Both the position numbers and the translations under genes were made by a program. From contig JANMPT010000025.1 of the NCBI GenBank assembly GCA_031370005.1, positions 64,001-128,000 on the forward strand: a DNA stretch of 64,000 nucleotides, written 5' to 3'. The notes beneath the pieces are model-generated. The model saw only the letters and a list, made by a program, of their open reading frames with translations, was not told the origin of the DNA and ran no database searches. Source of the DNA: Bdellovibrionales bacterium. GTDB lineage: Bacteria > Bdellovibrionota > Bdellovibrionia > Bdellovibrionales > Bdellovibrionaceae. Shown one piece after another: positions 1-8,785 of the stretch; the first letter of the stretch is position 1; each line of letters starts with the position of its first letter.

Positions 1-927
1 TTCTGCAACCCAAAAGGTGGGAGCCTTGGTATTGCGGAAACTGCGCCAATTCCAACCATCTTTTGACCAGAACTTGGATTCTCGGTAACCACCGTCATTT
101 ACGAATTCAAGATATTGTAAGTTGGTCGTCAGTGTTTGCGCGGCTTTAAAAGCGGCCACGTTCAATTCGTGATGACCATATTCATTGTCCCAGCCAAAAG
201 TTGGAAAATCGTTAGGTTTTCCAATCTTGCAGAGGCCTTTTTCTAGGCTTACAAAACCCATTTCTGATGAATTTTTGATCTCTTTCGAGATTTCCGAGCT
301 CGGCCATTGAGAGGGTTTTGACAAGTACTTCAACGGAAGTTCGCGTATTAAAACAGAAGAGGTTTCGAGGTGAACTTTTTCATGTTCGAAGGCCATTACC
401 AAAGCCCAAGACTTGGTTAATTGAGAAATCGGCAGGGTCTTAGGATCTAATTGTGGATCCTCCATAATTAGATTTTTTACCAAATTGTAAACTGTACGGC
501 GATATTCAGTTATTTCGCGAATCGCGGGCCAACGCATTTCGTTTTTGGACATATCATCCCAAGACATCTCATCAACACCGACTTCGAACAAGCTTTCAAA
601 GTGGGGGTTGACCGGTTCATTTAGCAAACCAGCAACACGCAGTTTATTAACGTAAAGGACAGCAGGGTGTCCATAATAGAAAACCAGTGGATGGCGGAGT
701 TGATGAATCGGGGCTCTGGTAAAAGCCTGTTCACCTTGAAGTGCTGAAAACAAAATCTCGGTCATGGTCCAAACATTATCGAAATAGTTTAGTAAATCTT
801 GACGTGTAATATCGTTAAAATTGAGCTGAGGCAGGGAGTGATAAAAACCTGGAGAGGGTTTTTTGCCAGTCCACCACATGTTAGGACGCGGCCCCATGAG
901 CCAGTCTTGTGAAGAGATTTTTTCCAT
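1..927 (-). CDS. ovoA: 5-histidylcysteine sulfoxide synthase OvoA (ovothiol biosynthesis), partial; C-terminus runs off the window
   Basis: Absent from the ORF track. Manual translation from ATG 927 gives MEKISSQDWLMGPRPNMWWTG...LRHPLVFYYGHPAVLYVNKL...FEVGVDEMSWDDM...MAFEHEKVHLETSSVLIRELPL...FGWDNEYG. This has the HxxxHxE iron motif, the OvoA-type GVDEMSWDD segment and the start of an FGE-sulfatase domain. Confidence 0.88.
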   Translation of the reverse strand, partial: MEKISSQDWLMGPRPNMWWTGKKPSPGFYHSLPQLNFNDITRQDLLNYFDNVWTMTEILFSALQGEQAFTRAPIHQLRHPLVFYYGHPAVLYVNKLRVAGLLNEPVNPHFESLFEVGVDEMSWDDMSKNEMRWPAIREITEYRRTVYNLVKNLIMEDPQLDPKTLPISQLTKSWALVMAFEHEKVHLETSSVLIRELPLKYLSKPSQWPSSEISKEIKNSSEMGFVSLEKGLCKIGKPNDFPTFGWDNEYGHHELNVAAFKAAQTLTTNLQYLEFVNDGGYRESKFWSKDGWNWRSFRNTKAPTFWVAE

Positions 928-972
928 AAGGATCACTTACACCGAGGATCCAGTGTTGGCAAGAAAGCAGTG

Positions 973-1605
973 CTAAGGAGGGCGAGCTTCTATTTTTTTT
1001 TCATCCTGTACTAAGTATCTGAGTCCCAAGAGGAATCCATACTGATCTGACTTTTCATTTGGTTTACTCGTTGCGGAAAGAGAGTATCGACCTTCGAAAA
1101 TAATCGCTATTTTATCATAACTCCAAAGATCCCCTTGGATTGACCAATCAAGTCCATACTCAGTGATATCTCGAGCAGATGTGTCGATTTCTGAGCCGAC
1201 TGGAAGATCGCTATAGACAACTTGAGGCACTCCCATGGAGTAGGAAGAAAAAAAGGAAAGTGAAGTGGAAAAATAAGGGTTGATCCAGCGACGGTAGCCC
1301 ATCGAGATATGCATTACTTGGGTTTTCTCTGCAAGAAGTTGTGCTCCTTGCTCACGGAAAAACATCTGGGGCACATAAAACATTCCGATTTCAAGACTGC
1401 CGTTTTGGTTGATGTCGCCAACAGCTATTAACCCGATGCCACCCAAATATGATGAATTAATATCTGAATTGATACCAGCATAATTGGTTTTGGCGTAATA
1501 AGGGCCTAAAGTGGCGGTCACCTGGCCTTCCACAGGGTCATAAGAAAAGCTCTTCTCAGTATGGAATAGCAAAATAACCAAAAAAACCCATATAATGTTT
1601 CTCAT
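973..1605 (-). CDS. Putative outer-membrane beta-barrel protein
   Basis: Likely start is MRNIIW (ATG 1605), followed by a signal peptide. Alternating amphipathic strands end in GFLLGLRYLV. Confidence 0.55.
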   Translation of the reverse strand: MRNIIWVFLVILLFHTEKSFSYDPVEGQVTATLGPYYAKTNYAGINSDINSSYLGGIGLIAVGDINQNGSLEIGMFYVPQMFFREQGAQLLAEKTQVMHISMGYRRWINPYFSTSLSFFSSYSMGVPQVVYSDLPVGSEIDTSARDITEYGLDWSIQGDLWSYDKIAIIFEGRYSLSATSKPNEKSDQYGFLLGLRYLVQDEKKIEARPP

Positions 1606-1640
1606 AAGTGAAGAGTAAGATTGATAGTACAGAAAATCCA

Positions 1641-2609
1641 ATGAAAATCGTTTTAGCGAGAGCTTTGTTCAAGCTTCTTTTCTTAGTCGTATTTTTTGTC
1701 TCATGTCAGGTTTTGGCCCAACAAGAGAATCCGCAGGATCCACCGTCTGGATTGAAGGAGGAGCGAAGTTGGGAGCAACGCTTTATTGACAGCAATATTG
1801 CGATTTCAAGGTGGTTTGACGGTATTGCTGAAGGACTTGATTTATTTTTAGTTGGCAAAAGAGTCACGAGCCGACCAAATCAAAGCAATGTTAGGATTGA
1901 AAACAGCACGGTTTCTACCGAAGGACATCAGGTAACAAATGCTATAGGAATAAGTGCGAATCCCAGGCTGCCGAACCTTGAGGAGTATTGGCATTTAAAA
2001 TTTGCGACATATGATGAACGCGAAGAAAGCCGAAAAGCGAAAAATGTTTATTTAAAACAAAGCCCTCGGGAACAAAACTATGGAGCCACTGTTGGAGTCT
2101 TCAAGAAACTTGGAAACATCCGCACTGCGTTTCAGCCTCGTATCGAATTGCAGGACCCGCTCCGAGTGTCTCACTCGCTGAGCTTTGAGAGTGTTGCAAC
2201 TTTAAAAAATTATGAGATCAATCCAAAGCTAGAGTTCTATGCAACTCCAGATAAAGGAGTTGGAGCATTCCAGGCATTGAACTTTAACTTTCAGCTGACT
2301 AAAGTCTTTTCACTAACGCTAGTAAATCAAGGGGACTATGGAGAAAAACTTCATCTTTACCTGGTAACCAATGGTATTTCCATCGGTCAAACGCTGACCC
2401 CGAAGTCGGCTTTTTCTTACAGTTTATTTTTCGGTTCCAATAATCACCCAAGTTATCATTTAGAAAGTTACAACTTTTCAGTTGCTTATAGCCAGGTATT
2501 GTACAAGCGCATTCTCGACTATCAAGTGATTCCCAATTTAGACTTTCAAAATGCAGTCTCATTTAAAGGCGTGGTTGGCATAACTTTCAATATAAATCTG
2601 AATTTCTGA
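1641..2609 (+). CDS. Putative outer-membrane beta-barrel protein
   Basis: Signal peptide ending VLA-QQE, beta-rich sequence, and a C-terminal BAM beta-signal-like FNINLNF. Start uncertain (1608 or 1641). Confidence 0.6.
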   Translation: MKIVLARALFKLLFLVVFFVSCQVLAQQENPQDPPSGLKEERSWEQRFIDSNIAISRWFDGIAEGLDLFLVGKRVTSRPNQSNVRIENSTVSTEGHQVTNAIGISANPRLPNLEEYWHLKFATYDEREESRKAKNVYLKQSPREQNYGATVGVFKKLGNIRTAFQPRIELQDPLRVSHSLSFESVATLKNYEINPKLEFYATPDKGVGAFQALNFNFQLTKVFSLTLVNQGDYGEKLHLYLVTNGISIGQTLTPKSAFSYSLFFGSNNHPSYHLESYNFSVAYSQVLYKRILDYQVIPNLDFQNAVSFKGVVGITFNINLNF

Positions 2610-2662
2610 TTTAAATGTAAAAAAGCTCCTTATAATTAAAGATTTATGATAGCTTTCAACTT

Positions 2663-3154
2663 ATGGAAACTTTAGTTTGTTGTGTCTGCCAAAAACCCAA
2701 GGCCACTCTTGAGTGTGGAATTTGCAAAAGTTCTATCTGTAAGAAGTGTGCGCAATTTCTTGATAGGGATACCTTTTCTTTCCTGCCTGAAGTTCCAGCG
2801 GAATTTGTAACCGGAACTTTTTGCGGCCCATGTTTTGATTTCAAAGTTAGTCCCGAGGCAGAGGTTTACAATCAGACAATGGAAGCGGCCAAAGAAGTTG
2901 CCGTGTTCTTCAATGACCAGGGGAAGGAAACACGCTTGGTGAAGCGTCTTGCTGATCCCGTTCAGGTTTTTGAATGCGCTGACCGCGATGAAACAGTTTT
3001 GCGCCTTGCCTTTTTTGCGGCCCAAGGAAATTACAACGGGATCGTAGATGTTGACGTAAAATCTGAAAAAATTAGAAGCGGATCCTACCAAACACTTCGC
3101 TGGAGAGGTACCGCAATTCCAGCGCATATCGATCCAAAGAAATTGAATAAGTAA
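2663..3154 (+). CDS. Hypothetical protein with an N-terminal multi-CxxC zinc finger and a YbjQ-like C-terminal domain
   Basis: Four CxxC pairs (CCVC, CGIC, CKKC, CGPC). The C-terminal LAFFAAQGNYNGIVDVDV...GTAI resembles the YbjQ/heavy-metal-binding family. Confidence 0.55.
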   Translation: METLVCCVCQKPKATLECGICKSSICKKCAQFLDRDTFSFLPEVPAEFVTGTFCGPCFDFKVSPEAEVYNQTMEAAKEVAVFFNDQGKETRLVKRLADPVQVFECADRDETVLRLAFFAAQGNYNGIVDVDVKSEKIRSGSYQTLRWRGTAIPAHIDPKKLNK

Positions 3155-3186
3155 AGATTGCGACTGTGCCCTATGGGGCATAGCGG

Positions 3187-3429
3187 TCATTCATTCCAAG
3201 TGTAGTAAGCATATCCACAAAGAACAAAGCCAGCTCCCCAGGTACGGAATGCACCACTTACAAAATAGGGATATATCATTAGGATAAGGCCGATAACGAC
3301 GTTGCGGTTATTGGCGTTTCTTTTTCCATGGCGAAAAACCCAAAGGCCAATTGTTCCGAAAACTAAACCAGCGATCAAAGAACTAAGGTCAAATGAAGAT
3401 AAAAGAGGCCCAACGGGAATGTCTTCCAT
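3187..3429 (-). CDS. Small membrane protein (about 3 TM segments)
   Basis: 80 aa with hydrophobic helices and a GLILMIYPYFV motif. Confidence 0.6.
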   Translation of the reverse strand: MEDIPVGPLLSSFDLSSLIAGLVFGTIGLWVFRHGKRNANNRNVVIGLILMIYPYFVSGAFRTWGAGFVLCGYAYYTWNE

Positions 3430-3558
3430 AAAGCTAGCCTACACTCAAAAAAATGCGGCGTCTTGGTTTGTTCACTGAAATGATATTCTTTAAGACCTTG
3501 CAAGAATCCCAGACTAAAGTCTGTTGATGTAAGTCTATTTTATAACGATAAGTAACTA

Positions 3559-4287
3559 ATGAAAGCTTTGAGTCTGTTTTTATTTTTTATCGTTTTTGCT
3601 GCGGAGATTGATCTCGGAGAAATAAAAAATGGTTTTGCATCTAATAAAAAAGACCCCAGAATTCTCAAAATATCTGTGGTCGACAGCGAAGAATCGGCGC
3701 ATCTATTTAACAAATTTTCAGGAGACAAGAGCATTCCTTTTAGATTTCCTTTAGATGGTTGTTATGCCCGGGCTACGGAAATGGTACGGATTGCTGAAAA
3801 GGAAAAAGTTATTATGGGAAAGATTTATATTTCCGGAAGACTTATTGTAAAAACTGATAGTGCAAAGTACCCACTTATTATTTGGGGTTGGCACGTGGCC
3901 CCTTTGGTTTTTGTAAAACAGCAGGATGAAAGCATTAATCTAATGGTTTTTGATCCCTCAATTTTTAAAAAACCTGTGACTATAAAAGAGTGGAAGAAAA
4001 AGATGATGGGCCAAGTTGACGGACTAAGACCCCGAATTGACGAAGTTTATTATGGCTCAAGATACCAATACTTTCCGAGCTCATATGAGGAAAATAAGAC
4101 TAAATGGGCTAAGAAGGATTTGGACAATGCAAAAACCACTTCAGAAAAGTACAGGGCTTTGCAAGACATGGGAGCTCCCGTAGATAATAGCAACGTCCAA
4201 TACGAGAATTTTAACCAGCAAGACTCAACCAAAGAAAAGCAGTCGTATCAAGGCTGGCAAAGACAGCAAAGGCAGGGACAGCAATAA
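3559..4287 (+). CDS. Secreted protein-glutaminase (protein-glutamine deamidase) family enzyme
   Basis: Signal peptide. The motifs IPFRFPLDGCYARA (Cys), WGWHVAP (His) and VFDPS (Asp) match the Cys-His-Asp triad of Chryseobacterium protein-glutaminase. Confidence 0.85.
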   Translation: MKALSLFLFFIVFAAEIDLGEIKNGFASNKKDPRILKISVVDSEESAHLFNKFSGDKSIPFRFPLDGCYARATEMVRIAEKEKVIMGKIYISGRLIVKTDSAKYPLIIWGWHVAPLVFVKQQDESINLMVFDPSIFKKPVTIKEWKKKMMGQVDGLRPRIDEVYYGSRYQYFPSSYEENKTKWAKKDLDNAKTTSEKYRALQDMGAPVDNSNVQYENFNQQDSTKEKQSYQGWQRQQRQGQQ

Positions 4288-4616
4288 TGGAGCGCTTTGG
4301 ACGTATAGTTTTTATTATGCTTACAACGGTGGTGTGCTGCATGAGTGCCCAGGCAGCAAAATTTAAGGGATACCGAAAAGGCGCGAGTGAGGAGACTATG
4401 ACCTTAAAAGAATCATTGGATCGCTTTGAGGAGACTCCGAAGGATTTTCTGATCCTCTTGCAGCGTCATTCTGGGTTCTACCTATTTCCAAAGAAGCCTG
4501 AGTATTCCTCGCAGGTTCGTGAGTTTTTAAATAGTCGTATGAAAAGTAAAAAAACAATTCAACTTCAAATAATTCCGACGACATCTCAAATTCTGAATCT
4601 CAGTGACCTGGAATAA
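4287..4616 (+). CDS. Small secreted protein, probable stand-alone protein-glutaminase pro-domain-like partner
   Basis: TAATG overlap with the glutaminase stop, a signal peptide ending AQA, and a pattern resembling the glutaminase pro-region (see findings). Confidence 0.55.
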   Translation: MERFGRIVFIMLTTVVCCMSAQAAKFKGYRKGASEETMTLKESLDRFEETPKDFLILLQRHSGFYLFPKKPEYSSQVREFLNSRMKSKKTIQLQIIPTTSQILNLSDLE

Positions 4617-4617
4617 G

Positions 4618-6216
4618 CTAAATCTTGCTCCGGTTTTTAAAATTTAAATACTCTTCGTAAGAGATATGATTATCGTAAACGACACCTTGATCGATTTCGA
4701 TAATGCGATTGGCAACAGTTTGGATTAGCTCATGGTCATGGGATGTGAAGATCACGGCCCCCTTGAATCGACTTAAGCCTTCGTTCACGGCGGTGATGCT
4801 TTCAAGGTCTAAGTGGTTCGTTGGTCCATCGAGGATCAAAATATTTGCTCCAGAGAGCATCATTCGCGAGAACATGCAGCGTACTTTTTCGCCTCCCGAA
4901 AGCACACTTGGTTTTTTCATTGCGTCACTGCCACTAAAGAGCATTTTTCCTAGGAAACCGCGTAAGAAAGTTTCGTCTTTTTCTTTAGAGTAAGGGCGAA
5001 GCCAGTCCACCAAGGTTTCCTCAGTGCCTTTGAAGTATTTTGAGTTGTCGGTGGGGAAGTAGTTAATCGAAGTCGTGATGCCCCAAGTACAAGCCCCAGA
5101 GTCTGGGGCTAATTCGCCTGCAAGAATTTCTAATAGTAAGGTTTTTGCTAAGTCGTTACGACCAAGGATGGCAACCTTGTCGCCTTTCTTAAGAGTGAAG
5201 TTTATATTTTTAAGTGGAGTTTCACTCTCCCAATTTTTGGTGATCTTATCAACAGTGACAACGTCACTACCTAGTTCACGGGTGATATCAAAGCCAATGA
5301 AGGGCCGCTTACGTGAAGAGGCCGGCAGCTCATTGAACTCGAGTTTTTCGAGTTGCTTTTGACGAGAAGAGGCCTGGGCAGACTTTGATGCATTGGCGCT
5401 GAATCGGGCGATAAAGGCCTTAAGCTCTTCGGCTTTGTCAGAACTTTTTTTGTTTTGGTCAGAGAGGAGCCTTTGTTTGAGTTCACTGGCCTCTCTCCAG
5501 AAATCATAGTTCCCCGTATAAGTGGTGACCTTGCCGTAATCGATGTCTGCTATATGAGTACAGACTTTATTCAAGAAATGGCGATCATGGGAGATCACAA
5601 TAACTGTGTTTTGAAAGTTCAAAAGAAAGTTTTCAAGCCACTGGATAGCATAAATATCTAAGTGATTCGTTGGCTCATCTAGAAGAAGAATATCAGGCTG
5701 ACCAAAAAGGGCCTGTGCTAAAAGGACCTTGACCTTTTCCCCGCCATTGAGCTCCTTCATCAGTTTACCATGGACGGATTCAGGGATAGCGAGAGCTGCC
5801 AGCATAACAGATGCTTCGGATTCGGCCTCCCAGCCATTTAACTCGGCAAACTCTGTTTCTAGTTCAGAGGCCCTAATGCCATCTTCTTCAGAGAATTCAG
5901 GCTTTGCATAAATTAGATTTTTTTCCTCCATGACGGCGAAAAGGCGTTCGTTTCCCATTAGCACGGTTTTTAAAACAGGGTATTCGTCATAGACATAGTG
6001 GTCTTGCTTTAAAACTGAAAGCCGCAGATCCGGTGAAATAATAACTTCGCCAGTATTGGGTTCGATTTCCTTAGAAAGAACTTTAAGAAAAGTGGTCTTG
6101 CCGGCCCCATTAGCGCCGATCAACCCATAGCAGTTGCCAGGGGTGAATTTAACGTTCACTTCTTCAAAAAGCTTTTTGCTACCAAAACGTAAACTAACAT
6201 TACTTGTACTAATCAC
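4618..6216 (-). CDS. ABC-F family ATPase (YbiT/YkpA-like)
   Basis: Two ABC cassettes (GANGAGKT, LLLDEPTNHLD, LSGGEK, LDGPTNHLD) and no TM segments. Confidence 0.92.
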   Translation of the reverse strand: MISTSNVSLRFGSKKLFEEVNVKFTPGNCYGLIGANGAGKTTFLKVLSKEIEPNTGEVIISPDLRLSVLKQDHYVYDEYPVLKTVLMGNERLFAVMEEKNLIYAKPEFSEEDGIRASELETEFAELNGWEAESEASVMLAALAIPESVHGKLMKELNGGEKVKVLLAQALFGQPDILLLDEPTNHLDIYAIQWLENFLLNFQNTVIVISHDRHFLNKVCTHIADIDYGKVTTYTGNYDFWREASELKQRLLSDQNKKSSDKAEELKAFIARFSANASKSAQASSRQKQLEKLEFNELPASSRKRPFIGFDITRELGSDVVTVDKITKNWESETPLKNINFTLKKGDKVAILGRNDLAKTLLLEILAGELAPDSGACTWGITTSINYFPTDNSKYFKGTEETLVDWLRPYSKEKDETFLRGFLGKMLFSGSDAMKKPSVLSGGEKVRCMFSRMMLSGANILILDGPTNHLDLESITAVNEGLSRFKGAVIFTSHDHELIQTVANRIIEIDQGVVYDNHISYEEYLNFKNRSKI

Positions 6217-6317
6217 GTGAAAATCCTTTGGGGAATTTGCTTTATACTCTGTAAAGTCATTGAAGTCTATCTGGGATCGACTATCATAAAAAAAGTCTAT
6301 AGAAAAAGGAGACTTGC

Positions 6318-6563
6318 ATGTCCGATGATTTAAAAGCCGAAATTGAGCGCCTTAAGGCGGAAAATGATGCTCTCAAAAGCACAAAAAATAACAAAGGGAC
6401 TCTTTCAATGAAGGTCAGCGAAAAAGGAGCCTTATCTGTTTACGGCATGGGGCGTTTTCCTGTGACGCTTTACAAAGAGCAATGGCTTAAGCTTTTAGGT
6501 ATAGCCGAAGAAATAAAAGCGTTCATTGCTGAGAATGAAGGAAGACTTAAAACCAAAGAGTAG
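6318..6563 (+). CDS. Small conserved hypothetical protein
   Basis: AAGGAG SD, an N-terminal coiled coil, and KVSEKGALSVYGMGRFPVTLYKEQW. Confidence 0.75.
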   Translation: MSDDLKAEIERLKAENDALKSTKNNKGTLSMKVSEKGALSVYGMGRFPVTLYKEQWLKLLGIAEEIKAFIAENEGRLKTKE

Positions 6564-6581
6564 CTTTTTGATGAGGCTTAT

Positions 6582-7103
6582 ATGCGTTTTTTACTATTCG
6601 GGCTGCTTTGGATACTCATGGTTGCGTGTACCACAGCGCCTACAGGTATAGTGCCAGTAAAAAACGATGAGACCGCCATTGATTATGTTGGACTCCAAAG
6701 AGCGTTGGGGATGGATATTCCTATTTATAAGCTTGGCTATAGAGAAAAAACTTTCGATACCTGCCAAGCGGGCTACGGCTATTCAGGTACAAAAAACTGC
6801 CATCGTGAGTTCATGGTGGTAATCAATATTCGACTGCAATGCCGCGACACAGAGGGAACGGTATCTGAAGGTGTAACCAATGCAGATCTGACCCCTATTG
6901 CGAGTCGTTCTGTGAAGTGGAAGTTAAGGGGCGCCCAAGGCGCCACCCAAACTGATAGTGAGGGCTTTGCTCAAATTAGGGCTGTTTCGGCCCGGTCTCA
7001 AAAAACAGAACGTCTCAAACTCGCGGTCGACAATGAATTTCTTTATATGCGCGCAAATGAGATAACCCGCGTTGTTACACCACGTCCATGGTGCAACCCA
7101 TAA
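6582..7103 (+). CDS. Hypothetical lipoprotein
   Basis: Lipobox LMVAC and several additional Cys. Confidence 0.65.
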   Translation: MRFLLFGLLWILMVACTTAPTGIVPVKNDETAIDYVGLQRALGMDIPIYKLGYREKTFDTCQAGYGYSGTKNCHREFMVVINIRLQCRDTEGTVSEGVTNADLTPIASRSVKWKLRGAQGATQTDSEGFAQIRAVSARSQKTERLKLAVDNEFLYMRANEITRVVTPRPWCNP

Positions 7104-7200
7104 GAATCAAATTGAGACAGCATAAAGCATTCTGGCGTCCCTTTTGTCTACCTCTTGAGTGTGAATAGCAGGAGGGGGATAATAAGAGGAGGTGGTACAT

Positions 7201-7950
7201 ATGGCACGTAATCAAGAGAAGAGTGTGTTTCTCATTGTAAGTGGCAATAGCAGTCGCATCACCGCGATGTCAGAGATTCTCAATAGGAATTTCTCAAACT
7301 GCTCTATATTTCATGCGTCCAATTGGTTTGATACAAAATATAAGATAGATAATGTTTTTCCTAAGATTGTCTTTGTCGACGAATACTTGCCAAAAGGCTC
7401 AGGCCTAGACGTCGTTGCCAAAGTCTATAAAGAGAAAAACAATAATAATGTCCATATTGTTATTATGTCGCTAGTTGAGGACCTTGATCTTTATCCTCCG
7501 AACGGTCGAATTCATTATCTGACCGAACCTGAAAGAGAAGCTTCTGTGATTGAGTGTGTTTCGAAAGTTGTGGCTCCGAAAGTGCAAGCCCAGGCGGCAG
7601 AGTACACATTAAAACACTTAGAGCCTGGTGAGCTTCTATTTAAAGAGGGTGATATAACAAAAACTGTTTATATTGTGAAGAATGGCACTCTGAAAGCCTA
7701 TTCTGACGCCTTGGCAGGTGGCCAGGTGACGCTTGGTGAAATAGGCGCCGGAGAGTTCGTCGGAGAGATGGGGCACTTTAATCATGAGCCCCGATCGGCG
7801 ACGATTGAAGCGGTGACAGAGGTTGATTTAGTGGAAATTCCAATGAGCTCCTTAGATAGTGTGATTTTCTCAAAGCCGTCTTGGGCAAGGGCCTTGGTGA
7901 AAACACTTTCTCAAAGGCTTAAAAGAGCTAATAAAGTTCTTACTGGGTAA
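7201..7950 (+). CDS. Atypical receiver domain plus cyclic-nucleotide-binding domain protein
   Basis: GAGGAGG SD before ATG 7201. The N-terminal CheY-like region has FVDEYLPKGSG; the cNMP domain has GEFVGEM...PRSATIEA. Confidence 0.8.
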   Translation: MARNQEKSVFLIVSGNSSRITAMSEILNRNFSNCSIFHASNWFDTKYKIDNVFPKIVFVDEYLPKGSGLDVVAKVYKEKNNNNVHIVIMSLVEDLDLYPPNGRIHYLTEPEREASVIECVSKVVAPKVQAQAAEYTLKHLEPGELLFKEGDITKTVYIVKNGTLKAYSDALAGGQVTLGEIGAGEFVGEMGHFNHEPRSATIEAVTEVDLVEIPMSSLDSVIFSKPSWARALVKTLSQRLKRANKVLTG

Positions 7951-7968
7951 ATGTAAATCTTTAGTGAC

Positions 7969-8751
7969 CTATCGAGTGATAATCTCTGATCTTTGTGAGC
8001 TATCTTGATCACTGGCGAATTTCAGAAGCTCCTTTTGATTAGCGACCATTTGTTCATAGATGCTAGTATAGTTTTTCATCACGCGCATCGCATAATCGCG
8101 TCTTATGATTTTTCCGTCTATAGAAATACTTCCAATGGTACGACTAACCTTACGCATATTTTTTGGTCCCATATTATACGCCGGGAGATAGTGGTACGCA
8201 CGGCTTTCAAACTCGGCTCTTAAATGAGCAAAATAAGTGATGCCAATTTTAATATTCGTAACAGGATCATAAAGAGAGCTCGAGCCCTTCCAAGGCATTT
8301 TGTACTTTTTAGAAATCCATTCGGCAGTTTTTGGCAGAATCTGCATCAGACCGATCTCACCAGCGTTTCCACGAGCCTCGGCATTAAAGTTACTTTCGGT
8401 TTGAATTACCGCCAAAATAAAAATGGGATCGAGCTCCTGCTTCTGGCTTTCTGTAATCAAAGCTTTGGTAATTTCTGGCAGGCGGCTTTTCCATTGCCCT
8501 GTCATGGAGGCCTCAATCTTCCTATAGACCAGATAGTTTAAAGACTGTTCCCCTTCGAACCTTTGAGCAAGACTACCTTTATAGTAGCTTCCTAGAAGCT
8601 CACGGGCCTGGTCCTGGCGTGAGTCTTCATCAACCAGGGGTAGTCTCAGGGTTGAAAACTCGATGAGCGTCATATTTTGAAACAACAAGATGAGGACCGC
8701 CCATCCTGTCAGAATTGTGAAAACTCCGATACGCTTATTTAATGTCGTCAT
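7969..8751 (-). CDS. Lytic transglycosylase (SLT domain)
   Basis: AVIQTESNF, GEIGLMQI and AYNMG motifs, plus an N-terminal LFQN-type signal/anchor. Start chosen at MTTLNK. Confidence 0.88.
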   Translation of the reverse strand: MTTLNKRIGVFTILTGWAVLILLFQNMTLIEFSTLRLPLVDEDSRQDQARELLGSYYKGSLAQRFEGEQSLNYLVYRKIEASMTGQWKSRLPEITKALITESQKQELDPIFILAVIQTESNFNAEARGNAGEIGLMQILPKTAEWISKKYKMPWKGSSSLYDPVTNIKIGITYFAHLRAEFESRAYHYLPAYNMGPKNMRKVSRTIGSISIDGKIIRRDYAMRVMKNYTSIYEQMVANQKELLKFASDQDSSQRSEIITR

Positions 8752-8758
8752 GATTAAC

Positions 8759-8785
8759 GTATCGGCATTTTTTTGAATATTTTCG
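8759..8785 (-). promoter_or_regulatory. Putative sigma28 (FliA) promoter of the SLT gene
   Basis: CGAA-N15-GCCGATAC, ending 7 nt before ATG 8751. Confidence 0.5.

Noticed and set aside
2672..3190. 172-aa minus-strand ORF, and similar antisense ORFs such as 14239-14727, 19458-20009 and 34412-34921
   Set aside because: They are shadows of well-supported genes on the opposite strand, with no motifs or SD.
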